Shown: positions 9,348-18,600 of the stretch, piece by piece
Layout of the letters: every line of letters begins with the position of its first letter
Numbering within the stretch: position 1 is the first letter of the stretch
NCBI GenBank assembly: GCA_052168235.1
Contig: JBQLZK010000008.1
Location: 64,001-128,000, forward strand
Direction: 5' to 3'
DNA: 64,000 nt
Origin: Thainema sp.
Lineage (GTDB): Bacteria > Cyanobacteriota > Cyanobacteriia > Phormidesmidales > Phormidesmidaceae
Notes under the pieces: model-generated
Database searches by the model: none
Told to the model about the DNA's origin: nothing
The model's input: only the letters and a program-made list of their open reading frames with translations
Program-made: the position numbers and the translations under genes

Positions 9348-10676
9348 ATGCCCCCAATCCCTACCTCTACTCAGTCAACCGTTGAACAACTGCTGGAACT
9401 GGCTCAGCCACGGGTTGATGCCGCCGAAGTGTACTACGTCGCCAGCCAGGACACGCCGATTAGCTTTGAGAATAATCGGCTGAAGTCGCTGGAAACGAAA
9501 GCGCTGCGGGGCGTAGCGCTGCGGGTGATTCACAATGGCCGCTTGGGCTTTGCCAGTTCAACGGATCTGACTCGGCTGAATGACTTGGTAGATGCGGCCA
9601 TCGATACGGCTAAGATTGGCAGTCCGGCAGAATTTGAGTTTGCCTCCAACTTCCACGACAACCAGCCCGCCAGCGACTACACGCCGCCCAGTTCCGAGGT
9701 GCTGGTGGAAACGGGACAGCGCCTGATTCAGCAGGTGCATGAGTATAACCCAGACATTCTGGTAGACGTGAGTTTTCACGTTCGTTCCGGTCAGGTGCAA
9801 ATGGCGACCACGCAAGATGTCTATGCCGAGCGCTCCAGCCAGTCGATCAGCGGCGTGATCGGCGGCAATCTGGTGCGGGGCGAAGACTTTCTGCAAATTT
9901 ACACCTACGGCGTAGAGTGCGATCGCACTCCGGATTTCGATCAATTGCTGAAGACGCTGCTGCAAAAGTACGAATGGGCCGACCGCAGCCAAGCCAAAAT
10001 CACCAGCGGCAGCTTTCCGGTGATCTTCACGCCTCGCGCAGCAGCTCAGGTTTTGGGCGGACTGTTCGACACCATTCTGTCCGGACAAACGGTGATTCAA
10101 AACGCTTCGCCCCTGTCCGACAAAGTGGGCGAGAAGGTGTTTGACGAACGCCTGACCCTGTTTGAAGATCCCAGCATTGGCCCTTCGGCCTGCACGTTTG
10201 ACGATGAGGGCACACCAACCAGCTACACCAAGTACATCGATCAGGGCACGGTGCAAGGGTTCTACTGGGATCGCCGCTGGGGCGCACGAGCCAATCGGGC
10301 ATCTACCGGGAACGGTTTCCGGGGCGGGTTATCGCGTCCTAGTCCATCAATGGCGAATCTCTGTTTGGCACCGGGACAAACCTCAATGGCTGACCTGATT
10401 GCGGGCATGAAAGAAGGGCTGATTGTCGATCAGGTACTTGGTGCTGGACAGTCGAACCAGCTAGCAGGCGAATTCTCAGTCAATCTCGACCTAGGCTACA
10501 AGGTGGAAAACGGCGAAATTGTCGGTCGCGTCAAGGACACGATGGTGGCGGGCAGCATTTTCGAGGCGTTCCAGCAGCTTGAAGACATGGGCAGTGAATC
10601 CGAATGGGTCGGCGGCAGCATGTACCTACCCTGCGTCGCGTTCAAACAGCTCGGCGTATCGGCACGGCAGGCATAG
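9348..10676 (+). CDS. TldD/PmbA family protein (PmbA/TldE-like)
   Basis: GVALRVIHNGRLGFASS, FDDEGTP, STGNG, GYKVENGEIVGRVKDTMVAG; no HExxxH motif seen. Confidence 0.9.
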   Translation: MPPIPTSTQSTVEQLLELAQPRVDAAEVYYVASQDTPISFENNRLKSLETKALRGVALRVIHNGRLGFASSTDLTRLNDLVDAAIDTAKIGSPAEFEFASNFHDNQPASDYTPPSSEVLVETGQRLIQQVHEYNPDILVDVSFHVRSGQVQMATTQDVYAERSSQSISGVIGGNLVRGEDFLQIYTYGVECDRTPDFDQLLKTLLQKYEWADRSQAKITSGSFPVIFTPRAAAQVLGGLFDTILSGQTVIQNASPLSDKVGEKVFDERLTLFEDPSIGPSACTFDDEGTPTSYTKYIDQGTVQGFYWDRRWGARANRASTGNGFRGGLSRPSPSMANLCLAPGQTSMADLIAGMKEGLIVDQVLGAGQSNQLAGEFSVNLDLGYKVENGEIVGRVKDTMVAGSIFEAFQQLEDMGSESEWVGGSMYLPCVAFKQLGVSARQA

Positions 10677-10683
10677 CGACATC

Positions 10684-11160
10684 GTGTCAACCCTCACCAT
10701 CCGAGATGCAGCGCCACCTGATGTGGCGCTGATTTTGAACTTTATTCAGAAAAAAGCCGATTTTGATCGAGCACTGGGTGGCTTTTCCGGTGAGCTACAG
10801 ACGACAGAAGAGAAGATGCAACGGGCGATATTTAGCGAAATTCCCTTTGCCTATGTGCTGCTGGCGGAGCTTGACGCAGGACCCGTTGGCTTTGCGCTGT
10901 ATGGCTTGCACTTTTCCTCGTTTGCTGGACAGCCGAACCTCTGGCTAGATGATTTGTACGTGGAACCAGCGGCGCGGAATCAGGGAGTTGGCTCGGCGCT
11001 GATGGCGCGTTTGGCTGAAATTGCCCGCGCTAATGACTGCACACACCTGGGCTGGAATGCGGATGCACGAAATGCTGAAGGGTTGAGGTTCTATCAGCGA
11101 TTGGGCGCAGAAATAATTACCTTGCCAGAAAATCGGCGGTTCTTGCGTTGGGAAGGATAG
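10684..11160 (+). CDS. GNAT N-acetyltransferase (SSAT-like)
   Basis: LWLDDLYVEPAARNQGVGSALM, NAEGLRFYQRLGA; probable GTG start at 10684. Confidence 0.85.
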   Translation: MSTLTIRDAAPPDVALILNFIQKKADFDRALGGFSGELQTTEEKMQRAIFSEIPFAYVLLAELDAGPVGFALYGLHFSSFAGQPNLWLDDLYVEPAARNQGVGSALMARLAEIARANDCTHLGWNADARNAEGLRFYQRLGAEIITLPENRRFLRWEG

Positions 11161-11341
11161 GAAAAGCTGCGATCGCATCCCCCCTCAACCCAAACCATCA
11201 ACACAAAACCAACTACCTTCAACCCACCTTCGACGAGGTCCAGGACGGTCGTTCGTCCTGGTCGAGGGGGACTGGGGGCAATCGAAATGCCCCCAGTAGC
11301 CAGGTTCTACAACCCCTCAACCCTTGCTAAGCAGTAACCCC

Positions 11342-11575
11342 CTACCCCATCGTCCGCTTACGACTCATCACGCTGATGTACTCCCCACTGCGACCCGTGG
11401 GCAGCGGCTTACTCCAGGCAACGCGATCGCAATAGCCCAGCGTATCCAGACGGTGAATCGCATCGGCCAGGGCAGAGTAGTCGCCCAGCAGAATGTGGCG
11501 AACGGTTTCTTGATTGAAGGTTGGCAAGCTGAAGGCGGGAGAGACAGTGGCCTCTCCGGTGGGTGATTGAAACAT
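11342..11575 (-). CDS. Small cyanobacterial hypothetical protein (77 aa)
   Basis: ETVRHILLG...AIHRLDTLGYCDRVAWSKPLPTGRSGEYISVM resembles a family I recall from cyanobacteria; GGAG upstream of the ATG. Confidence 0.65.
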   Translation of the reverse strand: MFQSPTGEATVSPAFSLPTFNQETVRHILLGDYSALADAIHRLDTLGYCDRVAWSKPLPTGRSGEYISVMSRKRTMG

Positions 11576-11917
11576 ACGGGTGTCTCCGTTTTCGACTAAA
11601 GGAAAACGGGGAACTATCCAGATCCCTATTTGATGCGGTAAAGGCAAGATAGCAGGACTAAAATGATCCCAGTCATCTCGACTTACCTAGGTTAAGTTGG
11701 GATGATCAGGAGATTTGGGAGGTGGCACCCTCTCAGATCTCCGCCTAGAATCATTCCCCGCAAGACTAAAAGTATCAAGAAGCAGCTAGGCAGTTCAACC
11801 GTATTTATCTGTTTGTAAGGATTAGGTTTGGAACTGCTGACGTGAAGTGCGATCGCACATTTCTCTGAACGCATAAACCCCAAAACTGCGATCGCACTGG
11901 ATTATTGCGAACATCCC

Positions 11918-11945
11918 GTAGGGGCGAATGGCCATTCGCCCCTAC
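11918..11945. repeat. GTAG-type REP, perfect 28-bp palindrome
   Basis: GTAGGGGCGAATGGCCATTCGCCCCTAC upstream of the RAYT gene. Confidence 0.9.
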
Positions 11946-12009
11946 AGCAAGGTGTATATAATTACCAACATGGGCACCCTAAAACATCGGTGTATTAAAC
12001 CCATCGCAC

Positions 12010-12606
12010 ATGAAATACAATCCTGATAAACATCATCGTCGTTCCATTCGCCTCAAAGGATACGATTATTCATCACCGGGCGCGTATTTCATCACCATTT
12101 GCACCCATCAACGCGAATGTTTATTCGGCAATATTGTTGACGGCGAAATGCAATTGAATCCGTTCGGTGAAATTGTTGCCGAAGAATGGTTGCGATCGCA
12201 GAATATCCGTCAAGAAATCAATTTGGATGCCTGGGTGGTCATGCCCAATCATATTCACGGCATCGTATTTATTCAGGGCAAAACATCACAACAGGTATCG
12301 GATAATTCATCCCAGGTGTCTGATCAGCCGCGAAATCCCGTAGGGGCGAATGGCCATTCGCCCCTACAACGTATGGCATCTCGTTCGTTATCGTCATTCA
12401 TAACGGGATTTAAATCCACGGCAACCAAACGCATCAACATACTGCGAGATATGCCCAGAACACCCGTTTGGCAACGCAATTATTACGAACACATTATTCG
12501 CAGCGAAGAATCCCTGGAGCATATTCGACGCTACATTCAGACAAATTCTGCTAACTGGAATAACGATCAGCTTCATCCAGAAAATTGGGCTGAGACACAA
12601 TCATGA
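12010..12606 (+). mobile_element. REP-associated tyrosine transposase (RAYT/TnpA-REP, IS200-like Y1 HUH)
   Basis: RRSIRLKGYDYS..GAYFITICT, VVMPNHIHGI (HUH), WQRNYYEHIIR, IRRYI. Confidence 0.92.
12340..12367. repeat. Identical REP copy inside the RAYT coding sequence
   Basis: Same 28-bp palindrome, read as VGANGHSPL. Confidence 0.9.
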
Positions 12607-12618
12607 TTCAAAAAACCA

Positions 12619-13110
12619 ATGACAGCATCGATCACTACCTATTACCTTGAAATGCTTTCACCCGAAGCGCTCCAGGCCAAACCAGTCGTGCCAGAGCTGA
12701 GCATCGTTGAATGTCAAATCAAGCAGTTTCAGTTCAATCGATTTCTCTATCAGTTCATCGGTGAAGCGTGGCAGTGGACAGACAAGCTCAGTTGGACAGA
12801 TGAGCAGTGGCGGCAGCTCGTGGAAGCCGATAATCATCAGACGTGGGTGGCCTATTGCCAAGGTGAGATCGCAGGTTACTACGAACTTCATCGCCCCGAT
12901 GGTCAGAATGCCGAAATCCTCTACTTTGGCCTCGCACCGCAGTTCATCGGTCAAGGATTGGGCGGTTATCTGCTGACCCACGCGATTCAGTCGGCCTGGG
13001 ACTGGGCAGGCACCAAGCGGGTTTGGGTGCATACCTGTAGCAACGACCATCCCAGCGCCCTACGGAACTATCAGGCGCGCGGGATGCAAATTTATCGGGT
13101 CGAGAATTAG
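12619..13110 (+). CDS. GNAT acetyltransferase
   Basis: EILYFGLAPQFIGQGLGGYLL, RVWVHTC..DHPSALRNYQARG. Confidence 0.88.
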   Translation: MTASITTYYLEMLSPEALQAKPVVPELSIVECQIKQFQFNRFLYQFIGEAWQWTDKLSWTDEQWRQLVEADNHQTWVAYCQGEIAGYYELHRPDGQNAEILYFGLAPQFIGQGLGGYLLTHAIQSAWDWAGTKRVWVHTCSNDHPSALRNYQARGMQIYRVEN

Positions 13111-13262
13111 CTTTATTTCTGTTGTGTTGTTGGCAGAGATGCATTGCATCTCTCCCAACAACACCTTTAGAACAGTGTCCGAGAATTGAAACCAGTGACT
13201 ATTATGGATCTACGGCAGCGGAGCAGTTCGTTAGGCAGCTTTAGAGTATCGCAGGACGTGTA

Positions 13263-13353
13263 GCCCTCATTCCCCAGCCCCTTCTCCCACAGGAGAAGAG
13301 GAGCCAAATATTCAAAGTCCCTCTCCTGCGGGAGAGGGATTTAGGGTGAGGGC
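13263..13353. repeat. Cyanobacterial small dispersed hairpin repeat
   Basis: GCCCTCATTCCCCAGCCCCTTCTCCC...AAAGTCCCTCTCCTGCGGGAGAGGGATTTAGGGTGAGGGC; terminal GCCCTCA/TGAGGGC with internal stems. Confidence 0.7.
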
Positions 13354-13446
13354 CACACGGCCAAGAGTACTCATATAGCGCTAACGACTGCGATATTCGT
13401 GTTTGTAACCCCTGCCGATTGGCGTTCGTAAGAGACCTGAACCAGC

Positions 13447-16400
13447 ATGGCGATTTTACACGGTGGGTGGCTGCCTCAATCTCAACAGTTATTTATTTGG
13501 GGCGAAACCTGGCGATCCGCTGAACCCGCCCCCATTGACGACATCAGCACCGTGCCCGATCACCTGTTTGCCACGACGCCGGACGAGTTAATTGCCTTTC
13601 TTCAGGCCGAGCAGGAGCCAGCCGGTGATGATGTGCCTGCCTCGTTTCGTCTGCCCCTCAATGACGTGCAGCTTGGCCTAGCGGCGTCCGGCAAAACGTC
13701 AGCCACCAAAACGAAAACTCGCAAATCTGCCGCCCTTAATACCGATGCCAAACAGACCCGCTGGCGATCGCAACTGCTGAGCTTACCGACTCAAATCTTA
13801 GACAGTACGCTGATGCCATGCTTGTCGGGACAGGTGCAAAGCGAGGCCGAGGTGGATCAGAAAACTGCGATCGCACTTTATCCTTGGCGAGTGCAGGGTC
13901 TCTGGCTGGCACCAACGGAAGCGGTGCAGTTTTTGAACAGTTTGCCCTTGGGGTTAATCACCGAAGAAGATTCGACGATTGGGGCAGATCTGCGCTTTTG
14001 GTCGCATCTGCTGCGCTGGGCGCTGGATCTGATGGCCCGGTCGAAATATCTACCTGCGATCGCAGTTGAAGCCAAGCAGAAAGCGATACCGGAAGCTCAC
14101 TGGCAGGTGCTGCTGGATAGTGCCTTGGATCAGGCTCGGCTGGAGCAGTTTTCTCGCCAGATGCCGAGCGTGTGCCGCCTGTACGATGGGCAGCAGGAGT
14201 GGAACGGTAACGAGAAGAATGGCGCAAGTGCAGATGCGATCGCGCAAACGCCAATGCCCGCCAATCCGCGCCAGCTAATTCTCAGTTTCCTCAGCGCCGT
14301 GGTGGACGTGCAGGTGCGGGCGATTGCCCAGTCGCAGACGGTTCCGGCCACACAGCTCTCCCGTGAACTGCCCGTACGGGAGTGGATTCAGGCGCTCGGA
14401 ACGTCACCCGTGGTGGAGGCCGATGTGGAGCAGGTGGAGCGCTTACAGGGCGCGTTATCAACCTGGACAGCGCCGCTACAAAACCGTTTACGAGATGGAA
14501 TCGCCAATTTTCGCACCTGTTTCCGGCTGAAATCGCCGCCCCAGGGCAAGCTGGACTGGACGCTGGAATACGGCCTGCAAGCGGCAGACGACGAGTCAAT
14601 CTTTGTCGATGCGGACACCATCTGGCAGAATCCCGTCGCTAATCTGAGCTACGAGAACCGCACCGTCTACAATCCCCAGGAAACGCTGTTGGGTGGCTTG
14701 GGACTCGCCGCTCGCCTCTATCCAGTCCTGGAGCCGACGCTGGAAGAGCAGCAGCCCCAGTCCTGCACGCTCGATCCGGTGCAGGCGTATGACTTCCTCA
14801 AATCCCTTGCCTGGCGACTGCGGGATAGCGGTTTCGGTGTGTTGCTGCCGCCCAGTTTGCAGGAAAAAGGTGGCTGGGCCAGTCGCTTAGGCTTGAACAT
14901 CACCGCTAAAGCCTCGCGATCGCGCAAGCAGCAGCGCATGGGCTTGCAGAGTCTGCTCAACTACGAGTGGCAGCTCTCCATCGGCGGCCAAACCATTTCC
15001 AAGGAAGAGTTTGATCGGCTGGTGGCGCTGAATACGCCGCTGGTGGAAATCAATGGCGAGTGGGTTGAACTGCGACCTCAAGACATCAAAGCCGCCCAAA
15101 ACTTTTTTGAAACTCGCAAAAACAAGCTGTCCCTTTCAGTTGAGGATGCTTTGCGGATCAGCACGGGCGACTCACCAATGCTGGAAAAGCTGCCGGTCGT
15201 TAACTTTGAGGCATCCGGCTCGCTAAATAAGTTGATCACGACGCTGACCACGGGCAATCAAACGCTGGAAGAAATCAGCGAACCTGCCGGATTCCACGGT
15301 GAACTGCGACCGTATCAAGCCAAGGGCGTATCCTGGTTGGCCTTTCTGGAACAGTGGGGACTCGGCGCTTGTCTGGCGGACGACATGGGCTTGGGCAAAA
15401 CGATCCAGCTAATCGCTTTCCTGCTCCATCTACGCGAACAGGATGCGCTGGAAGCGCCAATTTTGCTAGTCTGCCCCACCTCTGTCCTGGGCAACTGGGA
15501 ACGGGAAGTGAAGCGATTTGCGCCGGATTTGAAAACCCTGGTACATCACGGTAGCGATCGCGCCAAGAGTCCCGGCTTCAAAAAGGCCGCCACGGGCGTC
15601 AATTTGGTGATCACCAGCTATGCGCTTGTATTCCGCGATGCCAAAGTGCTGAAGTCCGTCTCCTGGCAGGGCATTGTCCTGGACGAAGCGCAGAACATCA
15701 AAAATCCTGATGCCAAACAGTCCCGCGCCGTGCGCGATCTGGAAGCCCAGTTCAAGATTGCCCTTACGGGTACACCCGTCGAGAACCGTCTGTCGGAACT
15801 CTGGTCAATCATGGATTTCCTCAATCCTGGCTACCTGGGGCCACGTAACTTTTTCCAAAAGCGGTTTGCTGTACCGATTGAGCGCTATGGCGATGGCGAT
15901 TCGCTGCAAACATTGCGATCGCTCGTTCAACCTTTTATCCTACGCCGCCTCAAAACCGATAAGGATATCATTCAAGATCTGCCCGAAAAGCAGGAAATGA
16001 CGGTGTTCTGCGGCTTATCGGCTGAACAAGCGACACTCTATCAAAAGCTGGTGGATGAATCCCTGGCTCAAATTGACGATGCCGACGGTGTCCAGCGACG
16101 CGGCATGATTCTGGCCCTGCTGACTAAGCTGAAGCAGGTCTGCAACCATCCGGCTCAGTTCCTCGACGAAAACAAGCTGGGTAACTCGCCGCAGCGCTCC
16201 GGTAAGCTGCTGCGCCTAGTGGAAATGCTGGAGGAAGTCGTCTCCGAAGGCGACCGTGCCCTGATCTTTACCCAATTCGCGGAGTGGGGCAAACTGCTGC
16301 AAGCTTATCTAGAGCAGCACATGGGGCAGGAAACGCTCTTCCTCTACGGCAGCACGACCAAGAATAAGCGGGAAGAAATGGTCAACCGCTTCCAGCATGA

Positions 16401-16752
16401 CCCGCGTGCGCCCAAAGTGTTTATTCTGTCGCTGAAAGCGGGCGGTGTGGGATTGAACTTGACTCGCGCCAATCACGTTTTCCACTTTGACCGCTGGTGG
16501 AATCCGGCAGTCGAGAATCAGGCCACCGACCGAGTATTCCGCATCGGCCAAACCCGCAATGTCCAGGTGCATAAGTTTGTTTGCACGGGCACGCTGGAGG
16601 AGCGGATTCACGAGCTAATCGAAAGCAAGAAAGCGCTGTCTGAACAGGTCGTCGGCACAGGCGAGCAGTGGCTCACGGAACTGGATGCGAATCAGCTACG
16701 GGATCTGCTGTTACTAGATCGCGATGCAATTATTGACGAAGACAGCGATTAA
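13447..16752 (+). CDS. SNF2-family helicase
   Basis: LADDMGLGKT, LDEAQNIKN, ALTGTPVENRL, SLKAGGVGLNLT, DRWWNPAVENQATDR. Confidence 0.95.
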   Translation: MAILHGGWLPQSQQLFIWGETWRSAEPAPIDDISTVPDHLFATTPDELIAFLQAEQEPAGDDVPASFRLPLNDVQLGLAASGKTSATKTKTRKSAALNTDAKQTRWRSQLLSLPTQILDSTLMPCLSGQVQSEAEVDQKTAIALYPWRVQGLWLAPTEAVQFLNSLPLGLITEEDSTIGADLRFWSHLLRWALDLMARSKYLPAIAVEAKQKAIPEAHWQVLLDSALDQARLEQFSRQMPSVCRLYDGQQEWNGNEKNGASADAIAQTPMPANPRQLILSFLSAVVDVQVRAIAQSQTVPATQLSRELPVREWIQALGTSPVVEADVEQVERLQGALSTWTAPLQNRLRDGIANFRTCFRLKSPPQGKLDWTLEYGLQAADDESIFVDADTIWQNPVANLSYENRTVYNPQETLLGGLGLAARLYPVLEPTLEEQQPQSCTLDPVQAYDFLKSLAWRLRDSGFGVLLPPSLQEKGGWASRLGLNITAKASRSRKQQRMGLQSLLNYEWQLSIGGQTISKEEFDRLVALNTPLVEINGEWVELRPQDIKAAQNFFETRKNKLSLSVEDALRISTGDSPMLEKLPVVNFEASGSLNKLITTLTTGNQTLEEISEPAGFHGELRPYQAKGVSWLAFLEQWGLGACLADDMGLGKTIQLIAFLLHLREQDALEAPILLVCPTSVLGNWEREVKRFAPDLKTLVHHGSDRAKSPGFKKAATGVNLVITSYALVFRDAKVLKSVSWQGIVLDEAQNIKNPDAKQSRAVRDLEAQFKIALTGTPVENRLSELWSIMDFLNPGYLGPRNFFQKRFAVPIERYGDGDSLQTLRSLVQPFILRRLKTDKDIIQDLPEKQEMTVFCGLSAEQATLYQKLVDESLAQIDDADGVQRRGMILALLTKLKQVCNHPAQFLDENKLGNSPQRSGKLLRLVEMLEEVVSEGDRALIFTQFAEWGKLLQAYLEQHMGQETLFLYGSTTKNKREEMVNRFQHDPRAPKVFILSLKAGGVGLNLTRANHVFHFDRWWNPAVENQATDRVFRIGQTRNVQVHKFVCTGTLEERIHELIESKKALSEQVVGTGEQWLTELDANQLRDLLLLDRDAIIDEDSD

Positions 16753-16771
16753 TCGTACAAACCGCCAAAAT

Positions 16772-16803
16772 AAAAAGCACCGCACTGTGCGATGCGGCGC
16801 TTC
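16772..16803. terminator. Probable hairpin terminator after SNF2
   Basis: AAAAAGCACCGCA-CTGTGCGA-TGCGGCGCTTC. Confidence 0.4.
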
Positions 16804-16930
16804 AAATGCTGAGAGCATGATTAACGTTGTTGATTGGTATGCTCACATCATCACCGAGATCAACGGGCAGCACCACCGACGTTTACGGAGATAAGCAGAA
16901 GTTAAGAGTTTAGGAAGAGGTTTAATCAAC

Positions 16931-17290
16931 ATGAGCATTGAATCAGAACAATATGTCGTAGATGCTAACGGTGCTAAAACGGCTGTAATTTTACCGATTG
17001 CCCAGTATGAGCAGCTTCTAGAAGATCTGCATGATTTAGCTGTCGTGGCTGAGCGCCGCTCAGAACAGCCGATCGGTATGGCAGAAATGAGAAGCAGGCT
17101 AAAGCATAATGGAACCGTATGGTCAGGAAGTATCTGTCAATCCAGCGAGAGTTTGACGAAGGTGTTACAACTTGGACAGTGCGATCGCAAATCTTATAAC
17201 AACCGCAGATCTAGTAATAATCGCCAATCTTTGCCAGCAATGTATCCTGCGGAAAGGTGCGATGGTGCTAGCTGTTGTTATTCACGTTAA
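16931..17290 (+). CDS. Antitoxin-like protein with a probable read-through tail
   Basis: QYVVDANGAKTAVILPIAQYEQLLEDLHDLAVVAERRSE is typical of antitoxins paired with RelE/ParE toxins; after ~aa 62 the ORF runs into repeat sequence. Confidence 0.65.
   Translation: MSIESEQYVVDANGAKTAVILPIAQYEQLLEDLHDLAVVAERRSEQPIGMAEMRSRLKHNGTVWSGSICQSSESLTKVLQLGQCDRKSYNNRRSSNNRQSLPAMYPAERCDGASCCYSR
17181..17263 (+). repeat. HIP1-anchored direct repeat, copy 1
   Basis: GCGATCGCAAATCTTATAACAA...AATCTTTGCCAGCAATGTATCCTGCG. Confidence 0.85.
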
Positions 17291-17825
17291 ACATATCACT
17301 ATGCTTAAAGCGCTCATCTAAGTGAATTTTGTCCAAAATGGCTTTTGAAAGATCGATATCTTCTACATTGCTCGGGCCAAATCTCAACTCGGTCAAATTA
17401 GCTTCACTCAGATTTACTCTTTTCAATTTTCCTCCTGCTATTCCTGACCTCGTTAGGTTTGCCTTGCTTAAATTTACGTCTATTAATTCTGATTCAAGCA
17501 AAAGCATTTCTGTGAGATTAGCTTCTTCCATATTAGATTGAACAATAAATATTTCCGTCAAACTTGCTTTGCTTAAATTTATATTTTTCAAGTCAGACAT
17601 ATAAAAGCTGACTTGATCTAAAGACGCAGATTGGAGATTTGCATGAGTAAGGTCTATTTCACTAAAATCAACTTGCCGAATCACTGCTCCGCTTAAGTTT
17701 GACCTACTGAGATTAATTCCACGTATCATAAGATGATTAAGCTTGAGGTTAGCTAAATCAATATTAGAAAAATCGATTATGCCTGAGTTATATCTTTCTT
17801 CAAACTCATTAGCGTCCATAAGCAA
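17268..17825 (-). CDS. Pentapeptide repeat protein (AT-rich)
   Basis: INLSR SNLSG, ANLQS ASLDQ, VNLSK ANLTR repeats. Confidence 0.9.
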   Translation of the reverse strand: MLMDANEFEERYNSGIIDFSNIDLANLKLNHLMIRGINLSRSNLSGAVIRQVDFSEIDLTHANLQSASLDQVSFYMSDLKNINLSKASLTEIFIVQSNMEEANLTEMLLLESELIDVNLSKANLTRSGIAGGKLKRVNLSEANLTELRFGPSNVEDIDLSKAILDKIHLDERFKHSDMFNVNNNS

Positions 17826-17849
17826 ACCTTCAAACTAAGTCTGTATAGC

Positions 17850-17918
17850 GCGATCGCAGATCTTATAACAATCGCAAATCTTTGCCAGCAATGTATCCTG
17901 CGTGAAAAGCGCGATCGC
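17850..17918 (+). repeat. HIP1-anchored direct repeat, copy 2
   Basis: GCGATCGCAGATCTTATAACAATCGCAAATCTTTGCCAGCAATGTATCCTGCG...GCGATCGC. Confidence 0.85.
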
Positions 17919-17984
17919 ACTTAAGGCTTTTAACGCAAGTGCTACACTCTGGATATCCTCAGTGTTTGCAGGGAGAGAGATACC

Positions 17985-18236
17985 GTGAGCTACTCTAATC
18001 AGCTTGATACCGAATCTCTCAAGGCTTTACTGAAAGAGAGCATTCGGGAAGTCCTGCCAGAAGTGCTGGGCGAAATTCTCAAAGCAGAGCGCTTAAAGCT
18101 CTGCAAGTTGCTGATTCCAGTCGTTAGCGATGTAGAGCAGCAAGAGATCGATCAAGAAGTCGGTTTACCTGCTGACTTTGACGAAGCCGAATTTGTTGAC
18201 CTAACCGACTGGACTGAAAATGCAGGTCAGCTATAG
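17985..18236 (+). CDS. Small protein, probable antitoxin
   Basis: LKALLKESIREVL...KLCKLLIPVVSDVEQQEI; overlaps a RelE-like start. Confidence 0.65.
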   Translation: MSYSNQLDTESLKALLKESIREVLPEVLGEILKAERLKLCKLLIPVVSDVEQQEIDQEVGLPADFDEAEFVDLTDWTENAGQL

Positions 18237-18282
18237 GAAGAGCTTTGAAATAAATCATATCTCTCGCGTTGCTGACCAATAA
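18220..18282 (+). pseudogene. Truncated RelE/ParE-like toxin stub
   Basis: ATG overlapping the antitoxin end gives MQVSYRKSF, then unrelated hairpin sequence and a stop. Confidence 0.45.
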
Positions 18283-18298
18283 ACGCGAGAGGTGTGAT
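18254..18298. terminator. Hairpin between convergent genes
   Basis: ATCATATCTCTCGCGTT-N11-AACGCGAGAGGTGTGAT. Confidence 0.5.
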
Positions 18299-18316
18299 CC
18301 CATTTTTTTATAATTA

Positions 18317-18580
18317 TTATTTGTTGTGTAATCCTTCAATTAGCTCGCAGAAACGTTCAGTCTGATCTTTGGATAAAGAATTTCTTCCTCTTCTTGTTCG
18401 TTCTTCTAACTCAGCAATCAAAAAAAGCATTGAATCCATTATTTCGTTTTCGTTCCTCGAATTATTTGATGGATATTTTTCATTTTCTTTTATCATTTCT
18501 ATTAAATCCAACTTGAGATCTTCTACAGACTTTGAATTCTCGATTTTACTGAAAATTGTATTAAATGTGTTGTTATTCAT
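18317..18580 (-). CDS. Hypothetical protein (AT-rich)
   Basis: 87-aa ATG ORF 20 bp downstream of the 18601 gene, same composition. Confidence 0.55.
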   Translation of the reverse strand: MNNNTFNTIFSKIENSKSVEDLKLDLIEMIKENEKYPSNNSRNENEIMDSMLFLIAELEERTRRGRNSLSKDQTERFCELIEGLHNK

Positions 18581-18600
18581 GCAAATTAAGGATTTATACC

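Noticed and set aside
9558..10256. 232-aa antisense ORF
   Set aside because: Lies opposite the well-supported PmbA gene and has no recognisable motif
17181..17918. Direct repeats as a CRISPR array
   Set aside because: Only two clear copies about 670 bp apart, no regular spacers and no cas genes
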